A stretch of DNA of 63,751 nucleotides, counting the filler, from Octopus bimaculoides (taxonomy: Eukaryota), in the NCBI RefSeq assembly GCF_001194135.2. It is 5 parts of 5 records of this genome, joined end to end, with 100 filler letters (N's around TTAATTAATTAA, not from the genome) between each part and the next. Parts side by side here need not be neighbours in the genome. Positions count along the whole stretch, not along the records: positions 9,531 to 31,624 come from NC_068993.1; 4 more parts are not named here. One strand, 5' to 3'. Positions 12,722 through 24,837 of the stretch are shown in pieces. Below the pieces are notes generated by a model. It was not told where the DNA came from. It saw only the letters and a list, made by a program, of their open reading frames with translations, and ran no database searches. The translations under genes were made by a program, and so were the position numbers. Every line of letters begins with the position of its first letter. Position 1 is the stretch's first letter.

Positions 12722-12782
12722 TTGAAGGCACATGGCTTAGTGGTTAGGATGTTGGACTCACGATTGCGAGATCGTGGGTTCA
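12722..12782 (+). mobile_element. isolated tRNA-like SINE C head
   Basis: ggcacatggcttagtggttagg (A box)...gtgggttc; identical copy at 13279-13338. Confidence 0.6.
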
Positions 12783-14832
12783 TTTTTATTCTCTTATTTC
12801 CCTTTATGCTTCCTATATCTCTCCCTTTCCAAAATAGCTTCCTATATTGAAGTCTACTTCAATTCGACCAGAAACCAACCACACAGTACCTTCTAGAAGG
12901 AAGTTCTAAGAAGAACTAGAAAACCCTCATCCGCTGTGGTTCCCATGATAATTAATTCATAGCTGAGATGCTGACAAGGTCCTGCTAATCCGGGCCAGAA
13001 TAGACCTGAGAACGATAATGGTTAAGAGGTTGTTCCACACTCTTCAAAACCCTGGGACTCCCGTACCAGGCCTCCACAGCTGGATCCAGGTTCAAGTCAC
13101 ACCCAGGGTAAACATACATACATAGAAACATGCATACATATATACTTGCATATATAAATACGCACACACATATATTTACATATATATATTATATATATAT
13201 TATATATATATACACATATTATATATATATATGTACATATACACACACATGTGTGTGTGTGTGTGTGTGTGTGTATTTTGAAGGCACATGGCTTAGTGGT
13301 TAGGATGTTGGACTCACGATTGCGAGATCGTGGGTTCATTTTTATTCTCTTATTTCCCTTTACATATTTACATATATTTACATATATATATACACATATT
13401 ATATATATATATGTACATATACACATACATTCATATATATATANNNNNNNNNNNNNNNNNNNNNNNNNNNNNNNNNNNNNNNNNNNNNNNNNNNNNNNNN
13501 NNNNNNNNNNNNNNNNNNNNNNNNNNNNNNNNNNNNNNNNNNNNNNNNNNNNNNNNNNNNNNNNNNNNNNNNNNNNNNNNNNNNNNNNNNNNNNNNNNNN
13601 NNNNNNNNNNNNNNNNNNNNNNNNNNNNNNNNNNNNNNNNNNNNNNNNNNNNNNNNNNNNNNNNNNNNNNNNNNNNNNNNNNNNNNNNNNNNNNNNNNNN
13701 NNNNNNNNNNNNNNNNNNNNNNNNNNNNNNNNNNNNNNNNNNNNNNNNNNNNNNNNNNNNNNNNNNNNNNNNNNNNNNNNNNNNNNNNNNNNNNNNNNNN
13801 NNNNNNNNNNNNNNNNNNNNNNNNNNNNNNNNNNNNNNNNNNNNNNNNNNNNNNNNNNNNNNNNNNNNNNNNNNNNNNNNNNNNNNNNNNNNNNNNNNNN
13901 NNNNNNNNNNNNNNNNNNNNNNNNNNNNNNNNNNNNNNNNNNNNNNNNNNNNNNNNNNNNNNNNNNNNNNNNNNNNNNNNNNNNNNNNNNNNNNNNNNNN
14001 NNNNNNNNNNNNNNNNNNNNNNNNNNNNNNNNNNNNNNNNNNNNNNNNNNNNNNNNATATATATATATATGTATGTATACATATAAAGAGAGAGAGAAAT
14101 TTTAAAAATTTTATATATTTTTGGTAAACAACTTGCAGATGCAAGTGCTACCAGTTGAAAGCTCTGCATACCGGATGTTAGTAAGTTTATGGGGTCATCA
14201 GTTCTCGACAAATCATTGCGCACTGGCCTCCTTCACTGAAATGAAGCTCCGCTTGCTAGATCAACTGGTAATTAGGTTTCGCATACATGCATACATACAT
14301 TCATACATTCATACATTCATACACACACACAAACACACACATATACGGGCACTGACACACTCGTACTAGTACACATACACACCTATAGATACACAGTTAT
14401 AGTTGTCTATTTCTCTCTCTCTCTCATTGTCCCACGATTCACACACATACTCACATAAATATTCCATCTGGCGGTTCTCCTCTTCGAAGCGAAGGTAATT
14501 GTGATAAATTAAGAGTTTATATTGAATAGGACTTTATATAACGTTCTTCTTTTTTGCTGATTAAATTTATAGCATTGGCCACTCTGAATAAGTTAAGAAA
14601 GCCATAAATGTGTTCTACTGTCTTTGCATGTGTCTTAATATCTCGCACTGTTGAGCTAATGACGTTCAGGAAGAATTGTTGAGGAAGAAACAGGTATCTA
14701 TAGGAAAATCAGGGTGTCTTTCCCTTCATGCTGGTGTTCAGATTAATTGCCACTATATGATTGGTCTACTTTCTCTGAAAACATAATGGTAATATATNNN
14801 NNNNNNNTATTTATAAATCTTCGTATATTTAT

Positions 14833-15236
14833 ATACCCTTTACTCTTTTACTTGTTTCAGTAATTTGACTGCGGCCATGCTGGAGCACCTCCTTTAGTCG
14901 AGCAAATCGACCCCGGCTCTTATTCTTTGTAAGCCTTGTACTTATTCTATGGGTCTCTTTTGCCGAACTGCTAAATGACAGGGACATAAACACACCAGCA
15001 TCGGTTGTCAAGTAATGCTAGGGGTCAAACACAGACACACAAACATACACACACACACATATATATATATATACATATATACGACGGGCTTCTTTCAGTT
15101 TCCCTCTACCAAATCCACTCACAAGGTTTTGGTCGGCCCGAGGCTATAGTAGAAGACACTTGCCCAAGGTGCCACGCAGTGGGACTGAACCCGGAACCAT
15201 GTTGTCGGTAAGCAAGCTACTTACCACACAGCCACT
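14833..15236 (-). mobile_element. SINE family A, near full length
   Basis: minus strand gtggctgtgtggtaag...ggttccgggttcagtccc (B box)...internal (TA)/(TG) tract...ccagcatggccgcagtcaaat..ctgaaacaagtaaaagagtaaagg; colinear with 57621-58006. Confidence 0.9.
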
Positions 15237-15506
15237 ATTTATAAATTAGTATGAATTTTTATCATGTCTCATATATGTGAACGCATCTATTATGTATATT
15301 GTGGAGAATTCTGACAATTTGAAATGGATCGAATGGCTATGAATACTGACCTTTTAAATTTGTTTCTCTCTTTCTTAATTTTATATTCCGGAAGGTCCAT
15401 TAGAGTGCTAATTGGTTATGCTGTATAAAGCGGATAACTATACCATTTACTTCTTCATTATTCTATATATATTTATATATATGTTTGTGTGTGTGTGTGT
15501 ATGTGC

Positions 15507-15547
<41 letters not shown>

Positions 15548-15550
<3 letters not shown>

Positions 15551-15955
15551 GGTGCGTAAGACATTTGAGGACAGATTTATGTTAATAAATAAAAAGATAT
15601 ATAATAACAGGTAATAACCCTATTTATCAAAAAATGCTATGAGAATAAAAATAAACCTTCCTTTCTATAATGTTATTCAATGAAGCCACCTTCAGCTTCA
15701 GCAACTGCTTCTATATGAGATCTAAATGAAGAACATGCTTGAATCAAGTGGTCCTGGTTAATTTTGAACATTACTCTGATCATGGCAGCTTTCACAGAAT
15801 CTTCGGTGTTATGGGCGTGTTCATTGACTAGGAGGACAAATGTTAGGGGTTATGTGATCATGAAAATTTTCATTCATCATTCCTGTGTTACTAGAGCTAC
15901 GAGAAATAGTGCAGAGTCTTACTGACCCACATATGATCTTCTTAATAAAGTTAGC
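15548..15955 (-). mobile_element. maT (DD37D) mariner-like transposon 3' end with internal deletion
   Basis: TA|cagggtgcgtaagacatttgaggacagattt TIR; reverse complement matches 32165-32608; SPDLNPLDY-equivalent segment deleted (NICPP joined to VNEHAH). Confidence 0.85.
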
Positions 15956-17039
15956 CCCATGTACATTGGAGATGCTAGAGTTTACATGCTAAATGTCAGT
16001 GAAACTGACATAACTTATATATTTACGAGGATGAAATGTTGTATCTAGGTTTAAACTTCATTTATATAAATAAACCTTAGGATCAGCCTTACAAGTAAAT
16101 TCTACATTACATTATATTTCTAAATTATATCTGACTGAGTGATCGTATTTGTACACCTATATCTCTGAAATTCACTAATTTATAATTCATTTAAGTGGTT
16201 GAAATATAGTCTGACCTAATTCAGGATCTAGTATTCAGGCTTCAAAATTCAAACTTAGGACCATTCTAGGATCAACCTGAAAACCGTCTTTATTACTGAA
16301 TTAGGTTTCTAACTGTTTTTCTCCCATTCTTTTCACTCAAAAATTATCGTCTCCTTCCGAATGTAATGCTAGCTAAGCCAACATAGTCTTAGTTTGCTTC
16401 AAACTACGACAGTTGCTAAACCTTGAATGAAGCTGCATAAACTCTTAACCAGATGAATGAAACTGGTTGCAAATGCAATTGCGAGATGTCTCTGCTGCAG
16501 AAACGTATGTCGGACTGATTTGAATTAAATATGCTGGTTTATTGACTGTAAAAATAAAAATTGCGCAGATATATTATTCTCCGTAGTCATTGTAATTGTC
16601 TTGTATATAAAAACAAACATATCCGTATGTACATATATTCTTATGTATGTGTTTGTGTTCGTATCTATGTGTGTGAATCTATGCATGTGTATGTATACCT
16701 GTGTATGTGTTCAAATGATACCCTGAAATGTCTTATTTCACAGATGGCGTTAATATATCTATGTAAATTGTATTGAGTGATATGTGTATGTATGATGTGG
16801 TATGTTAGAACTATATTATATATGGTGAGTACATGTGAGTGTGAGTATAAAGATACGTCTGTGTGTGAGAGAGTGCAAGTGTGTATGATTATGCCAGACG
16901 GAGAGTGTGGGTGTGAGCGAAAGGGGTGAATGAATGAGGGGCTGTAGGAGTATGAATATCTCACCGATAGCAACGAATATATTTATTACTTGATATCTTC
17001 TTGTTAGGCACAACTAGGATGTGTTGCTAGTGTATTCGT

Positions 17040-17411
17040 CGGGGTGAAAGAGAAGAGGAGGGAGAACTGAAGAAGGATGATAGCGAAAAGAAAGAAAGAA
17101 AGAAGAAGAAGAAGAAGAAGAAGAAGAAGAAGAAGAAGAAGAAGAAGAAGAAGAAGAAGAAGAAGAAGAAGAAGAAGAAGAAGAAGAAGAAGAAGAAGGC
17201 GAAAACAATGAAGTGGAAGAAGAGAAAGAACATTATGGTAAAGGAGAAGAAAGGAAAGCGAAGAAGAAGACGTGGAAGAAAGGGGAGAAGATGATAGTGA
17301 AGGGGAAGATATGGAAGGAGGTGGAGAAGGAGGAAAAAGAAGAGATAGAGAGAGGAAAAAGAAGAAGAGGAGGAGGAGGAGGAAGACGAAGAAGAAGAAG
17401 AAGAAGAAGAA

Positions 17412-17443
<32 letters not shown>

Positions 17444-17490
17444 CGACGACGACGATGACGACGACGATGACGAAAAAGAAAAAGTAAAAG
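17040..17490. repeat. (GAA)n-centred polypurine tract with (GAC)/(GGA) segments
   Basis: direct; about 33 perfect GAA units near 17100-17197. Confidence 0.95.
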
Positions 17491-17884
17491 AAGAGCTGCT
17501 ATCTATCCAGCCAGCCAACCAGCCAACCAACTAGGCTGCCATTCAGTACAGGATCAGATTGTGTTCTGGTAGCCATGTTTGGTTGTTGGGAGCCGAGCAG
17601 ACTTCTATTTATGAAGTCAGATTTGATACTCAATATTTAACTGATGGCCGTTGTGGAAAGAAGACGATCTTCCATCTTGTGTATAACGACGATGACAGCA
17701 ACAACAACAGCAACAACAACAACAACAACAACAACAGCAGCAGCAGCAGGAACAAATGACTGCAACCACAACGCTAATAACTGTGGCAACAATAGCAGTA
17801 CAATAATAATGACAATAATGATAGTAGCGTTAGCAAAAATAATAACAACACCAGCGATTACACAACAGCAACAATAACACGTCC

Positions 17885-18155
17885 TTACTATTGGCACAAC
17901 ATCGACCCCAGTGTATGACGTATTTATTTTATCGATCCCAAGGGGATGAAAGCTACATCGATCTTGGCTGCATTTGAACTCAGAATATAAAACCAGATGT
18001 GTCGCTAAGCCTTTTGCCTGCTGTGGTATTTATTTTATCGATCTCAAGAGGAGGAAAGCTAAGTCGATCTTGGCGGCATTTGAACTCAGAATATAAAGCT
18101 AGAAGATATGTCGCTAAGCCTGTTGTCTGCTGCGGTAACGATTCTGCCAGCTGCA
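17885..18155 (-). mobile_element. SINE family B with tandem duplication of the B-box region
   Basis: tcttggc.gcatttgaactcagaatataaa...gtcgctaagcct occurs twice (~17960 and ~18068). Confidence 0.7.
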
Positions 18156-18559
18156 ACAGCAGCAACAACTATAACTACCACATTAGCAACCACAGATACA
18201 GCAACAACATGAACAACAGTAACGGTGACAGTCGTTTAATGACGTCTTTAATAGAGAATGATCGAATAGAAATGACGAATATCAGGTGGAGTGAATAGGG
18301 TTGGAGAAGGGAGACAACTGGAAGAGAGAGGATGGAGAGAGTATGGTAAGAGAGAGGTAAAGAAAGAGTGGAGGAGAGAGTAACGTGCGGGAAGGAGGAG
18401 AAAAGAGAGAGAGGAAGGGGTGAAAATGGTGGTGAGAGAGAGGTGAAGAAGAGAGTGGTAAGAGAGAGAGAGAGTAAAAGGAGGAAGAGAGTGGTGGGGG
18501 AATGAAGGAAATGAATAGAGCTTTGTGCTTCATGTTGCTAATTGTGCTTTCGGTTGTGT

Positions 18560-18700
18560 GAAGGCGCGTAGTTTAGTGGTTAGGGTATTCCGCTCACGAC
18601 CGTAAAGTTGTAAGTTCGACTCCTGGTGGTGCGTTTCTGTCACTTCATTTCACGTTGCTCCAATCCACTCAGCTGTTAAAAATGAATGGGATCTCTACCA
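18560..18700 (+). mobile_element. SINE family C (tRNA head plus CORE-like domain), truncated
   Basis: ggcgcgtagtttagtggttagg...agttcgactcc...cacttcatttcacgttgctccaatccactcagctg. Confidence 0.75.
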
Positions 18701-18964
18701 GTAAGGTAATCTCCGACCCACACGCCATTCTTCACCTTCCTTGTGCCCACTCACTCTACGCTGCATCAGTCATTAGAAAAATAAACAAGTCCTTCCTCCC
18801 CAAACATCATCGACCCCTCTGGAATCTCTTCCACCTCTGTTCATGAAAGTCAGCAGTTTAAATGGAACGTTAATGGCATTAAGACCATTGGCCCTGGTGA
18901 ACCTGAAAAGCTTATGGGCTCTGTACCTTCCCCCAGGATCAGCCAGTAAAAGAAAGAACTTCAA

Positions 18965-18965
18965 A

Positions 18966-19023
<58 letters not shown>

Positions 19024-19117
19024 GCCGCTGCTGCTACCGCTGCTGCTGCCGCTGCTGCTGCCGCTGCTGCTGCCGCTGCCGCTGCTGCTGCCGCTGCTGC
19101 TGCCGCTGCTGCTGCCG

Positions 19118-19160
<43 letters not shown>
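18965..19160. repeat. compound microsatellite (TAC)n-(CCGCTGCTG-like)n-(TAC)n
   Basis: direct. Confidence 0.95.
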
Positions 19161-19415
19161 AGAAAGTACAAGAACAACAGTTACTGAGACACAATAGCGA
19201 CAACAGTTACCACAGGCTAACTCCTGCTACAACTATAACATCGACAATAACAACAACAATAGCTACAACAATAACAATTACAACGATAGATACAGCGGCA
19301 ATGGTAATTAAAAAAACCACTGCAACACATTCAAACATCAACTCCAACAACAACAACATCAATAACAACAACAACAACAACTACAATAAGAACAATAATT
19401 ACAATTGTGACAATA

Positions 19416-19905
19416 GGCGCATGGCTCAGTGGTTAGAACGTTGGGCTCACAACCATGAGGTAGTAAGTTCGATTCCCGGACCGGGCTGTGTGTTGTGCTC
19501 TTGAGCAAGACACTTTATTTCACGTTGCTCCAGTTCACTCAGCTGTAGAAATGAGTTGCGACGCCACTGATGCCAAGCTGTGTTGACCTTTGCCTTTCCC
19601 GTCGGTAGCGTGGATAGGGAAGGCTGATATGCATGGGTGATAACTGGTCTTCCATAAACAACTTTGTCCGGACTTGTACCTGGGAGGATAACTTTCTTGG
19701 TGCAATCCCATTGTCATTCCTGACCGAAGGGGGGGGGGGTTCATTACCTTTTTACCTTATGTACATAATTGTGTGGAGAGCAGAGACTGGTACGCATGAG
19801 CGACGACTGGTCTTCCATAAACAGCCTTGCCCGGACTTGTGCCTCAGAGAGGGACACTCCAGGTGCAATCTCATAGTCATGCATGACTGAAGGGGGTCTT
19901 TAACA
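19416..19905 (+). mobile_element. SINE family C (CORE-type) with duplicated 3' module
   Basis: A box TGGCTCAGTGG, B box GTTCGATTCCC; ttgagcaagacactttatttcacgttgctccagttcactcagctgtagaaatgag aligns to the CORE domain; actggtcttccataaaca...ccggacttgt module present twice. Confidence 0.85.
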
Positions 19906-19967
19906 ATAGCTGCAACAACTACCGCAACCACAACTGTAACTAAAATATGAATAATAATAACAACTAC

Positions 19968-20204
19968 AATTACTTATTTCTTTATTGCCCACAAGGGACT
20001 AAACATAGAGGGGGCAACCAAGGACAGACAAAGGGTTTAAGTCGATTACATCGACCACCAGTGCATAACTGGTACTTAATTTATCGATCTCGAAAAGATG
20101 AAAGGCAAAGTCGACCTCGGCGGAATTTGAACTCAGAACGTAACGGCAGACGAAATACCGCTAAGCATTTCGCCCGGCGTGCTAACGTTTCTGCCAGCTC
20201 GCCA
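19968..20204 (-). mobile_element. SINE family B, full length
   Basis: minus strand tggcgagctggcagaaacgttagcacgccgggcgaaatgcttagcggtatttcgtctgccgttacgttctgagttcaaattccgccgaggtcgac...ccttgtgggcaataaagaaataagtaa. Confidence 0.9.
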
Positions 20205-20422
20205 CTACAGTTACTGCCATAGTAAAAACAGTAGTGACTTCATGAAACACTGAAAGACTTCCTACGTTGTTACTCAACCTATTAGAAATAACAGCTAAAC
20301 CCTCAAATCAAATCTAAATGTCTTAAAAACAATTGGAAGGAATAGGTACAATTGAATAATGTACTTTGAAATACATAAAAGATGGAGTACAGGAAAGTAA
20401 GGTTTGTGATTATAAGCTTGCT

Positions 20423-20930
20423 GATGGAGTTGTATGATAGGAAGTTTGTATCCCGACAACATGGTTCTGGGTTCGATCCCACTACCTGGTATTTTCAGCA
20501 AGTGCTTTCTACTTTACAATCGGGCCGACCAATGCCTTGCAACTGGATTTGGTGGACGGAAACTGAAAAGAAAATATGACAGTTCAGGCTCACTGTGTGG
20601 CATCTCGGGTAAGTGTCTTCTATTATAGCCTCGGGCTGACCAAAGCCTTGTGTATGGTGCATTTGGTAGATGGAAACTGAAAGAAGCTCGTCGTGTGTAT
20701 ATATATTGATGAATGTATCTTTGTGTCAATGTTTGTCACCTCACCTTCGCTTGACAGCTGGTGTTAGTGAGTTTACATCCTCGTAACATAGCGGTTCGGC
20801 AAAGCGACTGATAAAATATGTATCAAGGTTTAAAAAATAAATCCTGGGGTCAATTCATTCGAATAAAGTTCTTCAAGGTGGTGCTCCAGCTGACCGCAGC
20901 CTAATGGACTGAAACAAGTAAAGGGTAAAA
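20423..20930 (+). mobile_element. SINE family A, degenerate, with duplicated 5' half
   Basis: gtg(c/t)..tcta.t..a...cggg(c).gaccaa.gccttg...ggaaactgaaa occurs twice, then the 3' half to gactgaaacaagtaaa. Confidence 0.8.
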
Positions 20931-21011
20931 CATGATACATTCACACATACATACATACATACATACATACATACATACATACATACATACATACATACAT
21001 TTAGATTGGTA

Positions 21012-21207
21012 GGTGTGTGTCTGTTTGTCCTCCGCTACTACTTGGTCACCGGTGTTGGTGTGTTTACGGCCCTGTAACATTAGCGGTTCGGCAAAAGAGA
21101 TCCGATAGAATAGTACCATTAAAAAATTTCGTTCAACTGAAATTCTTCAAGGCGGTGCCAGAGTATGGCCGCAGTCGAAACAAGTAAAAGATAAAAGATA
21201 AAAGATA
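21012..21207 (+). mobile_element. SINE family A 3' half
   Basis: gtttacggccctgtaacattagcggttcggcaaaagaga...gcagtcgaaacaagtaaaagataaaagataaaag. Confidence 0.8.
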
Positions 21208-22148
21208 TTAATAACAACAGTGACAACAGTTTGATGAATCAACTTGGGAGTCACCACGTGGTCGATAGATATGCTGGAAATAGCAACTAGATCTCACTCG
21301 GATCACAGGTTACCGCTTTAAAATAAAACCAAAAACAAAACCAAAAAAAAAGAAGAAAAAAGAAACCCCAAAAGGAAACTAGGAAGGACACGTTAGGGAA
21401 GGTCGTTCTAGATGCATTGTATCTGGAATGCTAAAGATGCAAAGGTCATGGGACGCTTTTGATCATAGGTTTTTTTTTGGTGGGGAGGGGGGGGAGGATC
21501 GACGATGAACTAGGCTTCAACAACAACAACAACAAAAACGACAATGACAACGATGACGATGACGATGACGACGACGGGTAGAGCGCAGAATAGTAGCAAA
21601 CATCGACAACGGCAACAACAAAAACATCGACAAGAAGAACTTTGACGACGTCAACAATATCAACAATATCAACAACAACCCTCAATTAGCGGTTATTTGG
21701 GATTAAGCTGAAGAGGTTCGCTACTACTACTACTACTACTACTACTACTATTACTGGTGTTGGTAGTGGTGGTGAGAGTAATCATTGTAGTAGTAGTCGT
21801 AGTTATTGTTATTGTTGTTGTTATTGTTATCTAACACCTTTAGTTGGAATGTCTGCCAAAGTAATTATTACTCCCTCACCCCACCGTGAAGATATCTGAG
21901 ACGCTTTGTTTTCAATTACCGAAGTGATCAGGGTTCACACGTGTGAGTGTGTGTGAGAGTGTGTGTGTGTGAAAGAGAGAGAGAGAGGGGGAGAGAGGGG
22001 AGAGAGAGTGTGTGTGAGTGAGAGAAAGAGAGAGAGAACTGTGTGTGGTGAGGTGTTGTTGGGCTGTTGGTGGAGGTGGTGTTGGTAGTGGGGTTGCAAA
22101 GGATTTATAGCTATAATAGTTGTTGCTGAAACTCTGTGTGTGTGGTGT

Positions 22149-22199
<51 letters not shown>

Positions 22200-22617
22200 C
22201 TATACGAATATATATATATATATATANNNNNNNNNNNNNNNNNNNNNNNNNNNNNNNNNNNNNNNNNNNNNNNNNNNNNNNNNNNNNNNNNNNNNNNNNN
22301 NNNNNNNNNNNNNNNNNNNNNNNNNNNNNNNNNNNNNNNNNNNNNNNNNNNNNNNNNNNNNNNNNNNNNNNNNNNNNNNNNNNNNNNNNNNNNNNNNNNN
22401 NNNNNNNNNNNNNNNNNNNNNNNNNNNNNNNNNNNNNNNNNNNNNNNNNNNNNNNNNNNNNNNNNNNNNNNNNNNNNNNNNNNNNNNNNNNNNNNNNNNN
22501 NNNNNNNNNNNNNNNNNNNNNNNNNNNNNNNNNNNNNNNNNNNNNNNNNNNNNNNNNNNNNNNNNNNNNNNNNNNNNNNNNNNNNNNNNNNNNNNNNNNN
22601 NNNNNNNNNNNNNNNNN

Positions 22618-22677
<60 letters not shown>

Positions 22678-23243
22678 TGCGTAGAAACCTTTATAAATGT
22701 GTGTGCGTGTCTGTATAAGTATGAATGTACGTTTGTATGTATGTACATATGATAAATAGTATTTTCCGACGTTCCTTGGAGGGAGAAAAAGAGAGTGAGA
22801 GAGAGACAGAGAGAGAAGGAGAGAGAGAGTGTGTGTGTATGTGAAAGAGAGAGAGAGGGAGAGAGAGAGATCTGTGTCAGCTTTTATTTCATATCTCTCC
22901 TCAAAGTCATTAGTTAACCCCTAATAATGTTTTTATTTTTGTTGCTCTCAAAACTTCAGCACGCTAATTACTGAGCTCTTTTCTTTCTGTTAAGAGATGT
23001 TGTTTCACTCTTATAATCCGGCTCTCATATGACGTTAATACAGATATTTAAAACCCCGGCCGATTTCAGATCTGGAAAACTAATCCTTCAACATCCCCGC
23101 TGATGTTGAACAATCCAAGAGTACAAAGCACTTTGCGAGTTGTTATGGCCATTTTGCTAAACTAGCCAATTCAAAAGGCCAAATGTTATAATCAATCAGG
23201 ACAGGCGCCTGTGTTTATAATGTTACAAACATTATAATCACAA

Positions 23244-23410
23244 GCGCAGGCGTGGCTGTGTGGTAAGAAGCTTGCTCAGTACTTATTTCTTGTTAAGCCT
23301 GGTACTTACTCTATCGGATATCTTATGCCGAACCGCTAAGTTACGGGGACGTAAACACACCAACACCTGTTGTCAAGCTGTATGAGAGGGGGACAAACAC
23401 CCCACACACA
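23244..23410. mobile_element. rearranged SINE A: + strand head fused to inverted 3' half
   Basis: gcgcaggcgtggctgtgtggtaagaagcttgct (+) joined at ~23276 to ...actctatcgg...gccgaaccgctaagttacggggacgtaaacacacc (-). Confidence 0.75.
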
Positions 23411-23518
23411 CGCACATATGTATATATAAAACCAAAAGGGAAAAGTTCTCTTGCCACTAATTGAGTACATATATGTGTGTGTGTGTGTGTTTGTATAAGT
23501 GTGTGTATGTACGTGTGT

Positions 23519-23606
<88 letters not shown>

Positions 23607-24160
23607 GGTAAAATTGGCAATAACCCCATTCTTTTGTTCTATCCTCAAAACCCGGCAATCCTCAGATGACATTAAAAAAAACATATTTCCAATAACACAG
23701 TAGAATCGCTGACGGTCAGAAATACTGGTTAACGTACGTTGAACTTTCTGACGGACTTCGTACTTGAGTCTGGTCATATTTCAGTAAGAAAAGTACAGAA
23801 TGCGAACATTAATCTTAGGCAATGTAATCTAAAATAAAATAATATTGCATAATCAAAGGATTGTCTTTTTTCTTATCTCTCTCTCTCTCTCTCTTGTGTC
23901 ATGGCATATTCATGCCGTTGACAAATCATGGCTTGTTCCTCCTCCATTTTATTTCTGTCTCTCGCAACATCACCCCGGTCTTTCTCGCTCTGCACGTTCA
24001 GTCTCTTCTTCATCCAATCGAACATCTCCATTCTCTGCCTTCCTCTCGCTCTCCTCCGCATCAGCTCAGTCTCCATCACGTAACGCTCCATTCCGTCATC
24101 CTCTCTGAGAAAAATAGTTTTCTTGTATGTAATTCAAATTTTAGCTATTATATTACAATA

Positions 24161-24837
24161 TTCTTTTATTCTTTTACTTGTTTCAGTCATTTCACTGCGG
24201 CCATGCTGGAGCACAGTCTTTGTAAGCCTAGCATTTATTCTATCGGTCGCTTTTGCTGAACCGTTATATTACGGGGAAGTAAACACACCAACATCGGTTG
24301 TCAAGCGATGATGTGGGGACAAACACAAATACACAAGCCCCACTGCGTGGCATCTTGGGCAAGTGTCTTCTAATAAAGCCTCGGGCCGACCAAAGCCTTG
24401 TGAGAGGATTTGGAAGATGGAAACTGAAAGAAGTCTGTCGGATATAAGTATTTGTATGTCTGTGTTTGTCCACCGAACATCGCTTTACACCGATGTTGGT
24501 GTGTTTACGTCGCTGTACAGTAGCAGTTCGGCAAAAGCGACCGATAGAATAGGCACTAGGTTTACAAAGAATAAGTCCTGGGATCGATTTGCTCGATTAA
24601 AGGTGGCGGCCCAGCATAGCTGCAGTCAAATGACTAAAACAAGTAAAAAAAATAAAAGAATATATATATATACACGATGGGCTTCTTTCAGTATCTGTCT
24701 ACTAAATCCACTCACAAGGCTTAGGTCGGCCCGAGAATATAGTAGAAGACGCCTGGTCAAGGTGCCACGTAGCAGGACTGAACGCAGAAACCATGTGGTT
24801 GGGAAGCAAGCTTCTAACCACACAGCCACTCCTGCAT
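24161..24837 (-). mobile_element. SINE A host copy interrupted by an antisense SINE A
   Basis: 3' half 24161-24336 and 5' half 24661-24837 on the minus strand. Confidence 0.85.
24337..24660 (+). mobile_element. 5'-truncated SINE A nested in opposite orientation
   Basis: ccactgcgtggcatcttgggcaagtgtc...gcagtcaaatgactaaaacaagtaaaaaaaataaaagaa. Confidence 0.85.

Noticed and set aside
12845-12920. Short palindromes attgaagt-ct-acttcaat and ccttctagaagg (heat-shock-element-like)
   Set aside because: Only two properly spaced nGAAn units; expected by chance at this window size, with no promoter evidence.
12700-13365. Identical ~90-bp SINE-head segment at 12710 and 13270
   Set aside because: Both copies lie between microsatellites and close to gaps; misassembly cannot be excluded without long reads.
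19416-19490. tRNA gene candidate
   Set aside because: A and B boxes are present, but there is no convincing acceptor stem and it continues into a SINE body; other heads are treated the same way.
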